Below, piece by piece: positions 18,455-28,432 of a DNA stretch of 64,000 nt. The DNA is from a bacterium (GTDB lineage: Bacteria > Patescibacteriota > Andersenbacteria > UBA10190): positions 8,778 to 72,777 of the forward strand of contig JAUYKA010000035.1 in the NCBI GenBank assembly GCA_030698495.1. Reading direction: 5' to 3'. The position numbers and the translations under genes were made by a program. Within the stretch, counting starts at the first letter, position 1; the number at the start of each line of letters is the position of its first letter. Under the pieces are notes generated by a model. The model saw only the letters and a program-made list of their open reading frames with translations, searched no databases and had not been told where the DNA came from.

Positions 18455-19339
18455 ATGTCCGAAATCCACCACATAACCGAGAACAGCGACCTCTACCCGC
18501 CCCTCCTGCGCGAAATTCATCATCCGCCCGTCGAACTTTTCATCCGCGGCAATATACACCTTCTGCAACACCCTCACCTACTCGCCGTTGTCGGCAGCCG
18601 CCGCGCTTCCACTTACGGCAAACAGTGCGTGACCCAACTCCTCCCGCCCGCGGTACTGGCGGGAGCCGTTCCCGTTTCCGGCCTTGCTTATGGCATCGAC
18701 TCTCTGGCGCATCGTACAGCCGTTGATTTACAACTGCCCACTATTGCCGTACTGGGTTCCGGCATTGACGACGCCTCTATATACCCTCGTATCAATATTG
18801 CCTTGGCACATAAAATTATTTCTTTCGGCGGAGCGCTAATCTCCGAATATCCGCCCGGCACCCCCGCTTATCCATACAACTTCCCCGCGCGCAACCGCAT
18901 CATTTCCGGCCTGTGCCAAGCCACTATTATCGTTCAGGCCGCCCGGCGTTCCGGCTCGCTAGTCACCGCCCGTCTGGCGCTGGAAGCAAACCGGGACGTA
19001 GCCATAATCCCCGGCCCTATCAATGATCCCAGAAATGCCGGCACCAACGAGCTTCTTCTGCACGGTGCCATTCCCATTATCAGCCCCGAACAAGTCGCGG
19101 ATCTGGTCGGACTTACTTTACCCGCAAACAACGCCGCTCCCGAACAAATATCACTCACCGCCACCCAGCAAAAAATTATGGACATCCTTTCCGATAAACC
19201 GCTACATCTTGATACGATTACCGAACGCAGTCAGCTTCCTTCTCCAACCATCGCCGCCATTATTACCGAACTGGAACTTTTTGATTTAATCCAACACGCC
19301 GGCGGACAGACATACCTAAAAATCAAACAAACAACTTGA
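18455..19339 (+). CDS. dprA: DNA-processing protein DprA
   Basis: AVVGSR, SGLAYGID, FPARNRIISG, SGSLVTA. Confidence 0.95.
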   Translation: MSEIHHITENSDLYPPLLREIHHPPVELFIRGNIHLLQHPHLLAVVGSRRASTYGKQCVTQLLPPAVLAGAVPVSGLAYGIDSLAHRTAVDLQLPTIAVLGSGIDDASIYPRINIALAHKIISFGGALISEYPPGTPAYPYNFPARNRIISGLCQATIIVQAARRSGSLVTARLALEANRDVAIIPGPINDPRNAGTNELLLHGAIPIISPEQVADLVGLTLPANNAAPEQISLTATQQKIMDILSDKPLHLDTITERSQLPSPTIAAIITELELFDLIQHAGGQTYLKIKQTT

Positions 19340-19429
19340 CATACCAGCAATGTTTCGCTTTACTCCCACTAATGACTTATTATTACCGAATAGCCAACGG
19401 CTCATTAAATTAACTTAAATTATCTTCAG

Positions 19430-21646
19430 ATGAAACTAGTCATTGTCGAATCTCCCGCCAAAGCTAAAACCATTCAAAAATATCTAGGCCCCGGTTTTAA
19501 AGTCACCAGCAGTTACGGCCATGTTCGCGACCTGCCTAAAAGTAAGCTGGGTGTCGACACCGATAACGACTTTACTCCTTCTTACGTTATCCCGGTTAAA
19601 GCTCGCGCGCACGTAGCCTCCCTAAAAAAAGACGCGGCCAAAGCCGAAACTATCTACTTCGCCACTGATGAAGATCGCGAAGGAGAGGCCATTGCCTGGC
19701 ATCTGTTTGCCATTCTAAAGCCGGATCCGGCTAAAGTTTTTCGCATTACTTTTGACGAAATCACCAAGGCGGCTATAACCAAGGCTGTTGCCAATCCACG
19801 CCAGATAGATATCAATTTAGTTGACGCTCAACAGGCACGCCGTATTCTGGATCGCCTGGTCGGCTATGAGCTCTCCCCTCTGCTTTGGAGCAAAGTCCGC
19901 CGCGGTCTCTCCGCCGGTCGTGTCCAGTCGGTCGCCGTCCGTTTGATTGTTGAGCGCGAAGATGATATCAAGGCTTTCCGACCGCAAGAATACTGGTCGG
20001 TAGAAGCCAATCTCAATCATCAAGATACGGATTTTACCGCCCAGTTGTCCGAACACCAAAAAAAGAAAATCGGCAAATACGACGTCAAAGACAAAACAGC
20101 AGCGGAGAACATCAAGCGCGACGTTTCCGGTGTAACTTACACCGTCTCGGACATCCAGACCAAGGATCGCCGCCGCACCCCGCCGCCTCCATTTACCACC
20201 AGCACTCTGCAGCAAGCGGCTGTCAACCGCCTCGGTTTCTCCAGTAAAAAAACCATGATGCTGGCCCAGCAGCTCTACGAAGGCGTGGAATTGGGAGACG
20301 AAGGATCAACCGGTCTCATAACTTACATGCGCACCGACTCCGTTCACTTGGCTAATGAAGCCTGCGCGGCCGCGCGCCAGACAATTGAAAACCTATTCGG
20401 CGCCAAATACTCCTTGCCCCAGCCCCGAGTTTACAAAACTAAATCCCGCGGCGCCCAAGAAGCCCATGAGGCCATCCGTCCCACCGATCCGGCACACACC
20501 CCCGAAGCCCTCGCTCCATTTTTATCAAATGATCAATTACGTTTATACCGGTTGATTTGGCAGCGCCTGCTGGCCTCGCAAATGGCGGAAGCGATTCTGC
20601 AAAACACTACCGCCCTCATCACCGCCGGCGCCTACACCTTCAAAACCGTCGGCAGTATTGTCGTATTCGATGGCTACGTCAAAGTACTCGGTGCCAAAGC
20701 CGCCTTCAAAGAAAACATTTTACCCGCCCTAAAAGTTGGCGACACCCCAAGCTTGGAGAAAATTTCTTTGGAACAGCACTTCACTCAACCCCCGGCGCGT
20801 TATTCCGAAGCCACGCTAGTTAAAGCTTTGGAAGAACACGGCATTGGCCGTCCCTCCACTTACGCTCCCACCATCGACACTATTCAGCGCCGTGAATACG
20901 TTATTAAACAGGAAGATAAAAAATTCACCCCCACCGAGATAGGTGTCATCGTCACCAATCTGCTCAAAGAACATTTCCCCGATATAGTCGACTTGCAATT
21001 TACTGCCAACATGGAATCCGACCTGGATAAAATAGCTACTGGCGACAAACAATGGCAGCCGATAATCAAAGATTTTTATAACCCCTTCCACGCTAATCTC
21101 GCCAAAAAACAAACCGAGATCAGCAAACAGGAATTAATGCAGGAATCAACCGGCGAAACTTGTCCCAAATGCGGCCACGAGCTGGTAATCAAACTGGGGA
21201 GGTTTGGCAAATTCAAAGCTTGCAGTAATTATCCCGAGTGCAAGTTTACTGAATCCGTCGGCGAAGAAAAGAAGCTCCAGGAAGAACACAGCGGTCAAAC
21301 TTGTCCCCAATGTGGTAAAGAGCTAATCGTTAAGAGAGGACGTTTCGGCCCATTCTTGGGCTGCTCCGGCTACCCTGACTGTAAATTCATTCAGCCAATA
21401 GAAAAGAAAACCGGCGTCACCTGCCCCGCTTGTGGCCAAGGAGACATTGTCGAGAAAAAATCCCGCCGCGGTAAATTATTCTACGCTTGCAATCGCTATC
21501 CTGATTGTAAAAATGCCTACTGGAGTAAACCCACCGGCGAGAAATGCCCCAAGTGCGGCAGCCTCCTGGTCTACGGCGCCAAAAATACCGCTCGCTGTTC
21601 CAGCAAAGAATGTGACTTCAGCCAACAATTAGTAGCAAGTAGTTAG
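19430..21646 (+). CDS. topA: DNA topoisomerase I
   Basis: IVESPAKAKTI, DEDREGE, SAGRVQS, ITYMRTD, C-terminal Zn ribbons. Confidence 0.98.
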   Translation: MKLVIVESPAKAKTIQKYLGPGFKVTSSYGHVRDLPKSKLGVDTDNDFTPSYVIPVKARAHVASLKKDAAKAETIYFATDEDREGEAIAWHLFAILKPDPAKVFRITFDEITKAAITKAVANPRQIDINLVDAQQARRILDRLVGYELSPLLWSKVRRGLSAGRVQSVAVRLIVEREDDIKAFRPQEYWSVEANLNHQDTDFTAQLSEHQKKKIGKYDVKDKTAAENIKRDVSGVTYTVSDIQTKDRRRTPPPPFTTSTLQQAAVNRLGFSSKKTMMLAQQLYEGVELGDEGSTGLITYMRTDSVHLANEACAAARQTIENLFGAKYSLPQPRVYKTKSRGAQEAHEAIRPTDPAHTPEALAPFLSNDQLRLYRLIWQRLLASQMAEAILQNTTALITAGAYTFKTVGSIVVFDGYVKVLGAKAAFKENILPALKVGDTPSLEKISLEQHFTQPPARYSEATLVKALEEHGIGRPSTYAPTIDTIQRREYVIKQEDKKFTPTEIGVIVTNLLKEHFPDIVDLQFTANMESDLDKIATGDKQWQPIIKDFYNPFHANLAKKQTEISKQELMQESTGETCPKCGHELVIKLGRFGKFKACSNYPECKFTESVGEEKKLQEEHSGQTCPQCGKELIVKRGRFGPFLGCSGYPDCKFIQPIEKKTGVTCPACGQGDIVEKKSRRGKLFYACNRYPDCKNAYWSKPTGEKCPKCGSLLVYGAKNTARCSSKECDFSQQLVASS

Positions 21647-21847
21647 CAGCAAGTAGCAAGGGACAAACAAAAGCTTCTTGCACTACACCCAGAGGTGTTG
21701 TCGGGGTGTAGTTTTAGTATTTGGTCATTGGAAAATTGAAGAATTGATTGGAAATTGGAAATTGAAAATTTGCAGACAACTTCCCTGTTCCCTAAATAGC
21801 GTCCCTATACAAAGGAATTTAGTTTTATTGCAACCACAAATGGCCTT

Positions 21848-23278
21848 CTAGTCCTCAATCACATCCTGATCAACCGTATCCGGCAGTGGCTGCAAACCCA
21901 GCAGTCTCTCGATTAACTCCTGCGCTTCATCCTCGCTAAAAGCGTGAAATACCACTTCAAACCGATTCTTGTCCGATTTGAACATGACTCGCGCGTTATA
22001 ACCGAACTTATCCTGCAGCATCCCGTCGTATTTAAGCGCTAACTGCGGCCGCCCTCTGGTTTTCTTACGCAGCGGATCATTCAACTTCATTGTCCGCTGA
22101 ACACGACGCGCTCGGTTTTCCGCTTTGCGCACCGTTAACCCCTCATCCACCACATGATTATAGAACCGTATCTGTTTCTCTTCATCCGGAATCATCAATA
22201 TCGCCCGCGCGTGCCCGATAGAAATCTTGCTCTCAATCAAACCCCGCTGGATCTCCGCCGGCAGCTGTAGCAAACGGATAATATTAGTTATTCCTACCCG
22301 GCTGCGCCCCACTCGTTCGCCTATTTCCTCATGTGTCATACCGTATTCCTCGTTCAACCTCTGATAACCCATCGCCTCTTCCACTGGGTTTAAATTCTGT
22401 CTCTGCACGTTTTCCGTCAGAGCCAGCTCCAGCCGATGACGATCGGACGATACATCGCTTCTGATAACACACGGCACTTTCTCCCAACCAAGCCTCTTTG
22501 ACGCCCGCCAGCGCCGTTCGCCGGCAACTAACTGATACATCTTCTGTCCCGGCATCTTAGCCACCACCAGCGGCTGCAACATACCGTGCTGATCCAACGA
22601 TTGCACCAAGTCTTCCAAATCCTCTTCGTCAAACGCGCGCCGCGGCTGCAGCGGATTAACCTCAATATCACCGATAGTAATGTACTCCACCTTCTCACCC
22701 AATACGCGCCGCTCGCCCACTGCCGCCAAATCGTCAAACGCCGCCGCTACTTTTTCTTTAACTGTTTTTTTAGGCTCTGTTTGCTCTTCTTCCTTATTAG
22801 CTTTAACCCGCTTTTCTGCTTTAAGTGGTTCAACTTTTTCCGCCGCTATCGTTTCTTTGGCTTCCTCCGCTTCACTCTCCTTATCTTCATCCGTCTCGTT
22901 ATCTGCTTCAGCCAAAATTTCTTTATCCTTCTCATCCGGCTCTACTTCTATAGTTAATGGTGTCACCATCGGTTTAGCCGGCATCGGCTCCGGCACCGTC
23001 TCTTCTATCACATCAGCCTCCATTTCCTCTACCACTTGCACTTTTTTCTTCTCTACTTTAACCGGCTCCTCCTCAACCCCTACCGTTTCCTGCCACTGAA
23101 TCTCATCCGTATTTTCTTCCTCAATATCTTCCTCAACTTCATCGCCGCGCAAAGCCCTCACATTCTCCGGCTCATCCCCAACCGCCTCCATACTGTCTAT
23201 TTGTTCAATAATATCTTCGGCATTTTCCTTATGTCGTCTGGGTATTAATGAGGCCAAGCCTCGTCCTAATGGTGTCAT
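21848..23278 (-). CDS. parB: ParB partition protein with long acidic N-terminal insert
   Basis: LGRGLASLI, NPLQPR, AGERRWRA, ENVQRQNL. Confidence 0.93.
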   Translation of the reverse strand: MTPLGRGLASLIPRRHKENAEDIIEQIDSMEAVGDEPENVRALRGDEVEEDIEEENTDEIQWQETVGVEEEPVKVEKKKVQVVEEMEADVIEETVPEPMPAKPMVTPLTIEVEPDEKDKEILAEADNETDEDKESEAEEAKETIAAEKVEPLKAEKRVKANKEEEQTEPKKTVKEKVAAAFDDLAAVGERRVLGEKVEYITIGDIEVNPLQPRRAFDEEDLEDLVQSLDQHGMLQPLVVAKMPGQKMYQLVAGERRWRASKRLGWEKVPCVIRSDVSSDRHRLELALTENVQRQNLNPVEEAMGYQRLNEEYGMTHEEIGERVGRSRVGITNIIRLLQLPAEIQRGLIESKISIGHARAILMIPDEEKQIRFYNHVVDEGLTVRKAENRARRVQRTMKLNDPLRKKTRGRPQLALKYDGMLQDKFGYNARVMFKSDKNRFEVVFHAFSEDEAQELIERLLGLQPLPDTVDQDVIED

Positions 23279-24039
23279 AGATATAAATTTAATAATTCTT
23301 CTGACAAATACTCGTAAGCTTTGGCGCCCCGAGAATCTTTAGCATACTCCAAAATCGTCCGTCCCGTTGACGGCGCTTCCGCCAGCTCCGTATTTCGAGG
23401 AATAACACTGTCAAACACATGCCCGGGAAAAGTCTTACGCACTTCTTTCACTACCCGCCGCGCCAGCGCTGTGCGCCGATCGTACATCGTCAGCACCGCT
23501 CCCAGCACTTGTATCTGTGGGTTAAGATGCTTTCGTACCATGTCTACCGTATTCAACAACTGCCGTAATCCTTCCAGCGCGTAATACTCACACTGCACCG
23601 GAATTAATACCCGGTGCGCCGCTGCCAAAGCATTTACTGTTAACAAACCCAAGCTGGGCGGACAATCAACTAATATAAAATCAAAACTGGGCGCTAAATC
23701 CTTCAATGCCCGGCGCAATCGATATTCCCGGTACGGCTGATCCATTAATTCAATTGCCGCGCCCACCAAATCAGGCGTCGCCGGAATCACATTCAAATTT
23801 TCCTGCGTCGTCGCCTGCAACGCTTCTCTGGTCTGTTTTTCTCCTAACAAAACTTCATAAACCGTCGGTGCGCCATCCGCTACCTTCACGCCCAAACCGG
23901 CCGTGGCGTTTCCCTGCGGATCCATATCCACCACTGCCGTCGCCTTGCCGGAATTGGCCAAGTAGCCACCCAAATTAACGCTGGTCGTGGTCTTACCCAC
24001 ACCGCCCTTCTGATTTACAACCGCGATTACTTCTGTCAT
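23275..24039 (-). CDS. parA: ParA/Soj ATPase
   Basis: NQKGGVGKTT, DMDPQGNA, DCPPSLG, QCEYYALEG. Confidence 0.96.
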   Translation of the reverse strand: MTEVIAVVNQKGGVGKTTTSVNLGGYLANSGKATAVVDMDPQGNATAGLGVKVADGAPTVYEVLLGEKQTREALQATTQENLNVIPATPDLVGAAIELMDQPYREYRLRRALKDLAPSFDFILVDCPPSLGLLTVNALAAAHRVLIPVQCEYYALEGLRQLLNTVDMVRKHLNPQIQVLGAVLTMYDRRTALARRVVKEVRKTFPGHVFDSVIPRNTELAEAPSTGRTILEYAKDSRGAKAYEYLSEELLNLYL

Positions 24040-24138
24040 CTAAAGGATTTAGTGTAATATGTATATAGTGTAAACCAAGCGAACTAAAAATAACAACTAC
24101 TTGGCAACACCGTTCTAGTTTTGTACAGTATATATCTT

Positions 24139-24225
24139 GCCGGGATGGCGGAATTGGTTTACGCGCACGACTCAAAATCGTGTGAGCTTACGCTCGTGTG
24201 GGTTCGAGTCCCACTCCCGGCACCA
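24139..24225 (+). tRNA. tRNA-Leu(CAA)
   Basis: GCCGGGA/TCCCGGC acceptor stem, CACGA-CTCAAAA-TCGTG anticodon arm, long variable arm, GGTTCGAGTCC, encoded CCA. Confidence 0.96.
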
Positions 24226-24230
24226 CAAAT

Positions 24231-24872
24231 ATGATCAAAGCAATTTTATTTGACGTCGACGGAGTATTAATAGACTCCTTTGAAGCAAATTTAAGGTTTT
24301 TTCAAGACTTAATGAATAAAGTTGGTTACCCTCCGCCAACCAGAGATCAATTTCATGATATTTTTGCCATGAACCTTGTTGATGCTATCAAAACTCTTAC
24401 TAAATCAAATTCCGAAGAAGAAATTCAGCGCATATGGCATACAGGAAAAAACAGAGAAGTTAATTATCATACAGAACTAATTAACATTCCCAATGAATTA
24501 GAAATTGCGCTCAAACAACTAAGCAAAGATTTTTTATTGGGTATCGTTACCAGCCGCGTCCGAGAAAATATCTACGAAGCCCCTTCTTTAAAAGAACTTA
24601 AACATTATTTCAAAATTGCAGTCGGCTATCAGGATACAAACAACCATAAACCGGATCCTGACCCGTTATTATTTGCTGCTAAAAAGTTAAAAATCAAACC
24701 GGAGGAATGCATATACATAGGCGACACTTCAAACGATCTGCAGGCAGGCCATGCTGCAAACATGAAGGTTATAATCTATCCCAATAATAAAAACCTTCCC
24801 GCCGACGCTCACGCCGCATCCTTTACTGAATTACCAACACTGATATCGTCTTTAAACAAAGAAACGCGATAA
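24231..24872 (+). CDS. HAD-superfamily hydrolase (phosphoglycolate phosphatase-like)
   Basis: FDVDGVLIDS, KPDPD, IGDT; real start is ATG 24231 after the tRNA. Confidence 0.9.
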   Translation: MIKAILFDVDGVLIDSFEANLRFFQDLMNKVGYPPPTRDQFHDIFAMNLVDAIKTLTKSNSEEEIQRIWHTGKNREVNYHTELINIPNELEIALKQLSKDFLLGIVTSRVRENIYEAPSLKELKHYFKIAVGYQDTNNHKPDPDPLLFAAKKLKIKPEECIYIGDTSNDLQAGHAANMKVIIYPNNKNLPADAHAASFTELPTLISSLNKETR

Positions 24873-24942
24873 ACCTTAGTAAACTTCAACCAAACACAAT
24901 TAATACCCTACTCATCTCCCTGTCATTATCCCTAGGGATCTT

Positions 24943-26151
24943 CTACAACGCCCGATAAAACAACGCCATCACTCCCGCCAACGCGAAGGTAACCACAAAT
25001 GCCGTTTGCATCGGCAGGAAGAAAAAGACCGCCGCCAGCGCCGCCGCCATCACTACCTTGCCGCAGGCCAACGAAATTTCAAACGCCAGCATATAACGTA
25101 GCGACCCAACCCGTCGCGCCTTGGCGTACAACCGCGACATCGTCGGTACCTCCATACTTGTATCACTCACCCGCGCTAATATGTCCGCCGGTAAAATCAT
25201 TGCCACGGAATGCGATAATATTCGCAAAATATAACTAGCCGCAATAAACGGTGCCGCCCAGCGCAACACTACCCGGGGTGTCTTTCTGTCCGCCAGTTCT
25301 CCTACAAAAAATCCCCACAGCACCATTACCGCCACACTCAACGACACTACCAATCCCAGCAACTCCGCACTGCGCAAAATAATAAACATATAGATCGGCC
25401 AGAAAACCATATAAACCAAGTTCTCCATCCATCCTGCCGATGCCGCCAGTACCATGCGTCGGTTTGCCCGTTGGCGGATAACTTGCCACCCCGCGCTATA
25501 AGACATCTCTCGACGTTGTTGATTTTCCTTCGTAGTCAAAAGCGGCAAACCGGCTAGCACCAGAGTAACCGCCGCTACTATGAACAGCGCAGCAAAACCA
25601 AACCACACTACAATAAATCCTCCTAGTAGGGGACCAATTATACCTACCCCGTAAACAATAATCCTCTGCCATGACTGCTCGGTACCCCTGTTATCCGAGT
25701 TACTATAAGCCGCGAAAGTAGCATGATAAGCTGGCCAGAAAAATATCTTGTGCGCCGCCAGAACAAAAGGCCCCAGCCAAAATAACTGCCAAAACTCCGT
25801 GACACCGGACAAAATCAGAAAATACACCACCAGTATAGGCGTGGAAACGGCCAATGACCGCTCGTACCCGAATCTCGCCGCTAGCTTCGCGCCCCACGGC
25901 AGAGCAACTACATAGACCACATAATGTGTCAGGTAATATATCGCTATTAGCCACAGCTTGAATCCTTGGCTGTAAAAAAATATTGGTTCGAAAATTGTGA
26001 TCAGCGAAGAAGCAAAAGAAAAAAGCAGTAAAAACAAATATAACTCGCGTATTTGTCGCCGGGCTTTAAACCCAAACACGCTGCGTAAATCGCCTAACGT
26101 AATATGCAATTGTCCCAACATGTGATTATTATACATTATCGTTAACCACAA
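24943..26151 (-). CDS. MFS transporter
   Basis: About 12 TM helices, GELADRK loop motif; start may be ATG 26121. Confidence 0.8.
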   Translation of the reverse strand: MWLTIMYNNHMLGQLHITLGDLRSVFGFKARRQIRELYLFLLLFSFASSLITIFEPIFFYSQGFKLWLIAIYYLTHYVVYVVALPWGAKLAARFGYERSLAVSTPILVVYFLILSGVTEFWQLFWLGPFVLAAHKIFFWPAYHATFAAYSNSDNRGTEQSWQRIIVYGVGIIGPLLGGFIVVWFGFAALFIVAAVTLVLAGLPLLTTKENQQRREMSYSAGWQVIRQRANRRMVLAASAGWMENLVYMVFWPIYMFIILRSAELLGLVVSLSVAVMVLWGFFVGELADRKTPRVVLRWAAPFIAASYILRILSHSVAMILPADILARVSDTSMEVPTMSRLYAKARRVGSLRYMLAFEISLACGKVVMAAALAAVFFFLPMQTAFVVTFALAGVMALFYRAL

Positions 26152-26230
26152 GTTACGAGTTCCGAGTTACAAGTTATAAGCTACAAGATAATATTTGCCA
26201 AACATCACCTTTTTCTAGTATGTTATTTTT

Positions 26231-27550
26231 ATGAATAAGCCCGCAAAAAATCAGCATAAATTAGCCTTCATCGGCGCCGGTTATGTCGGTCTTGTTTCCG
26301 GCACCTGTCTGGCTGAAATCGGCCACACCGTCATTTTAGTCGACAACAACAAAGATAAAATCACTCGCCTTAATAAAGGTCAGATACCTATTTTTGAACC
26401 AGGCCTGGACGAGCTGGTAACCAAAAACGTCAAAGCAGGACGCTTGTCGTTTACCACCAGTCTCAAGGACGCTGTTAAAAATTCCGAGGCAATTTTCATC
26501 GCCGTTAACACCCCGCCTCTACCCAACGGTCGAGCCGATCTCTCTTTCGTAGCTGGTGCCGCCCGTGAAATCGCCGAGGCCGCCGACGGCTACAAAGTCG
26601 TTGTCGATAAAAGCACCGTCCCCGTACAAACCGGCGAGAGAGTGGCCGAAACAATCAAGCGCTACAATAAACGGCAAATTGATTTCGATGTTGTCAGTAA
26701 TCCCGAGTTTTTACGCGAAGGCTCCGCTATTGACGACTTTCTCCAACCCGATCGTATCGTTGTCGGCGTAGCCAACAAACGCGCCGAAAAAATCATGCGT
26801 GAAATATACTCGCCTATCGATGCTCCTTTTATTGTCACCGATGTTAAAAGCGCCGAACTGATCAAACACGCCAGTAATTCTTTCTTAGCCACTAAAATAT
26901 CTTTTGCCAACGCCGTCGCCAGAATTTGCGAACTATCCGGCGCCAACATTGATCAGGTAGTCGGCGGCATGGGACAAGACGCGCGCATCGGTAAACATTT
27001 CTTAAACGCCGGCATCGGCTATGGCGGCTCGTGTTTTCCTAAAGACGTATCTGCTTTTATCAATATCGCTGACGAGCTTGGCTACCATTTCGGCATCTTA
27101 AAAGAAGTGGAAAAAATAAATGAGCAAGCCAAACAACTTTTCTTGCAGAAAATCGAACAGGCTTTATGGGTTACTAAAGGCAAAACCATCGCTATGTGGG
27201 GCTTGGCCTTTAAGCCTAACACCGACGACATGCGCAACGCCCCTTCCATCGACATCGTTAATCAACTACACGCCGACGGCGCCGTTATTCAGGCCTACGA
27301 TCCCGCAGCTCAAGACACAGCCAAAGCTGTTTTAGGCAATAAAGTAAAATATATTAAAGACAAATACGATGCTCTGAAAAATGCCGACGCGCTGGTTATT
27401 GTCACCGACTGGAATGAATTCAAAGATCCGGATTGGAATAAAGTCGCCAAGCTTCTTCACAGTCCCATCATTATTGATGGCCGCAATATGTTCGACCCCA
27501 AAGAGATGGAAAAGAAAGGTTTTGTCTACCACTCGGTCGGCCGCGGCTAG
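26231..27550 (+). CDS. ugd: UDP-glucose 6-dehydrogenase
   Basis: GAGYVG, NPEFLREG, GGSCFPKD, FKPNTDD, DGRN. Confidence 0.95.
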   Translation: MNKPAKNQHKLAFIGAGYVGLVSGTCLAEIGHTVILVDNNKDKITRLNKGQIPIFEPGLDELVTKNVKAGRLSFTTSLKDAVKNSEAIFIAVNTPPLPNGRADLSFVAGAAREIAEAADGYKVVVDKSTVPVQTGERVAETIKRYNKRQIDFDVVSNPEFLREGSAIDDFLQPDRIVVGVANKRAEKIMREIYSPIDAPFIVTDVKSAELIKHASNSFLATKISFANAVARICELSGANIDQVVGGMGQDARIGKHFLNAGIGYGGSCFPKDVSAFINIADELGYHFGILKEVEKINEQAKQLFLQKIEQALWVTKGKTIAMWGLAFKPNTDDMRNAPSIDIVNQLHADGAVIQAYDPAAQDTAKAVLGNKVKYIKDKYDALKNADALVIVTDWNEFKDPDWNKVAKLLHSPIIIDGRNMFDPKEMEKKGFVYHSVGRG

Positions 27551-27627
27551 AGCAGTAAATACAGTGAATACAGTAAATTAAGTAAATACAGTTACTGTAT
27601 TTACTGTACTCGCTGTATTTACTTTAT

Positions 27628-28311
27628 TTACTGACTCAACACTCTCTCCGCCTCTTCTAACTGCTCCTTGTCATTAATTGGCAACCAAAAGTCAGTTTCC
27701 ACGACTTTAATTTTTGCCCCATTTTCCTGAATCATTTTCATCCACACATCCGGTGTCTCGTACTCCCCGCGCGCCGACGGCGGCACTTCCAAATCCAAAA
27801 ACGACTCATCCATCACCATTGCTCCTGTCCACACTAAATTGGAAATAAACTCCTGCGGTTTTTCCACCGACCGCACTAAATACCCCTCATCATCAGCTAC
27901 CAGCACCCCAAATTTTTCTGGGTGTTCCACCCTGTCCGCCAACGCCGCTAAGTCATGCCGCACTAATTCCTGCATTCCTTTCGGACCAAATATGTCATCC
28001 CCAACCATCCCCAACCATCTTCCAGTCACCAATTCTCTGGCGCACCGAAAAGCATGCGCCAGTCCCAACTGCTCTTCTTGGCGTACAAATTCAATCGGCC
28101 GGCCGTCATGTTCACCGCTCTTAAAATAATCCCGTATTGTCTGCTCGTGCGGCCCGCCGACCACAAACACCAAGCCATCCACTTCCGGTGGCAATAAATC
28201 CAAACTATGCTCAATCACCGGCTTATCGCCAACCGGCAATAATTGCTTTGGGCCTTCGTAATATTTGGCCATCCTTGTACCCTTCCCGGCCACCAAAACC
28301 ACTGCTTTCAT
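27628..28311 (-). CDS. Sugar-phosphate nucleotidyltransferase
   Basis: VAGKGTRM...PKQLL, QEEQLGLAHA, VEKP, RGEYE. Confidence 0.88.
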   Translation of the reverse strand: MKAVVLVAGKGTRMAKYYEGPKQLLPVGDKPVIEHSLDLLPPEVDGLVFVVGGPHEQTIRDYFKSGEHDGRPIEFVRQEEQLGLAHAFRCARELVTGRWLGMVGDDIFGPKGMQELVRHDLAALADRVEHPEKFGVLVADDEGYLVRSVEKPQEFISNLVWTGAMVMDESFLDLEVPPSARGEYETPDVWMKMIQENGAKIKVVETDFWLPINDKEQLEEAERVLSQ

Positions 28312-28432
28312 AGCTTTGTATTTAGTATTTAGTATTCCGTATATAGTATATTACAAAAATGTTGTCCACAAGAGTTATGACAAAAAAATCAACGATGCTA
28401 AATACTATATACAAAATACGAAATACTAAATA

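Noticed and set aside
24198-24230. N-terminal extension of the HAD ORF
   Set aside because: Overlaps the tRNA T-arm; ATG 24231 fits the family start
24139-24900. tRNA-integrated island
   Set aside because: The HAD gene is AT-rich, but no integrase or duplicated tRNA 3' end was seen
27550-27630. CRISPR or TIGR-like array
   Set aside because: Only short degenerate tandem units without unique spacers; no cas or Nop-domain gene in the window
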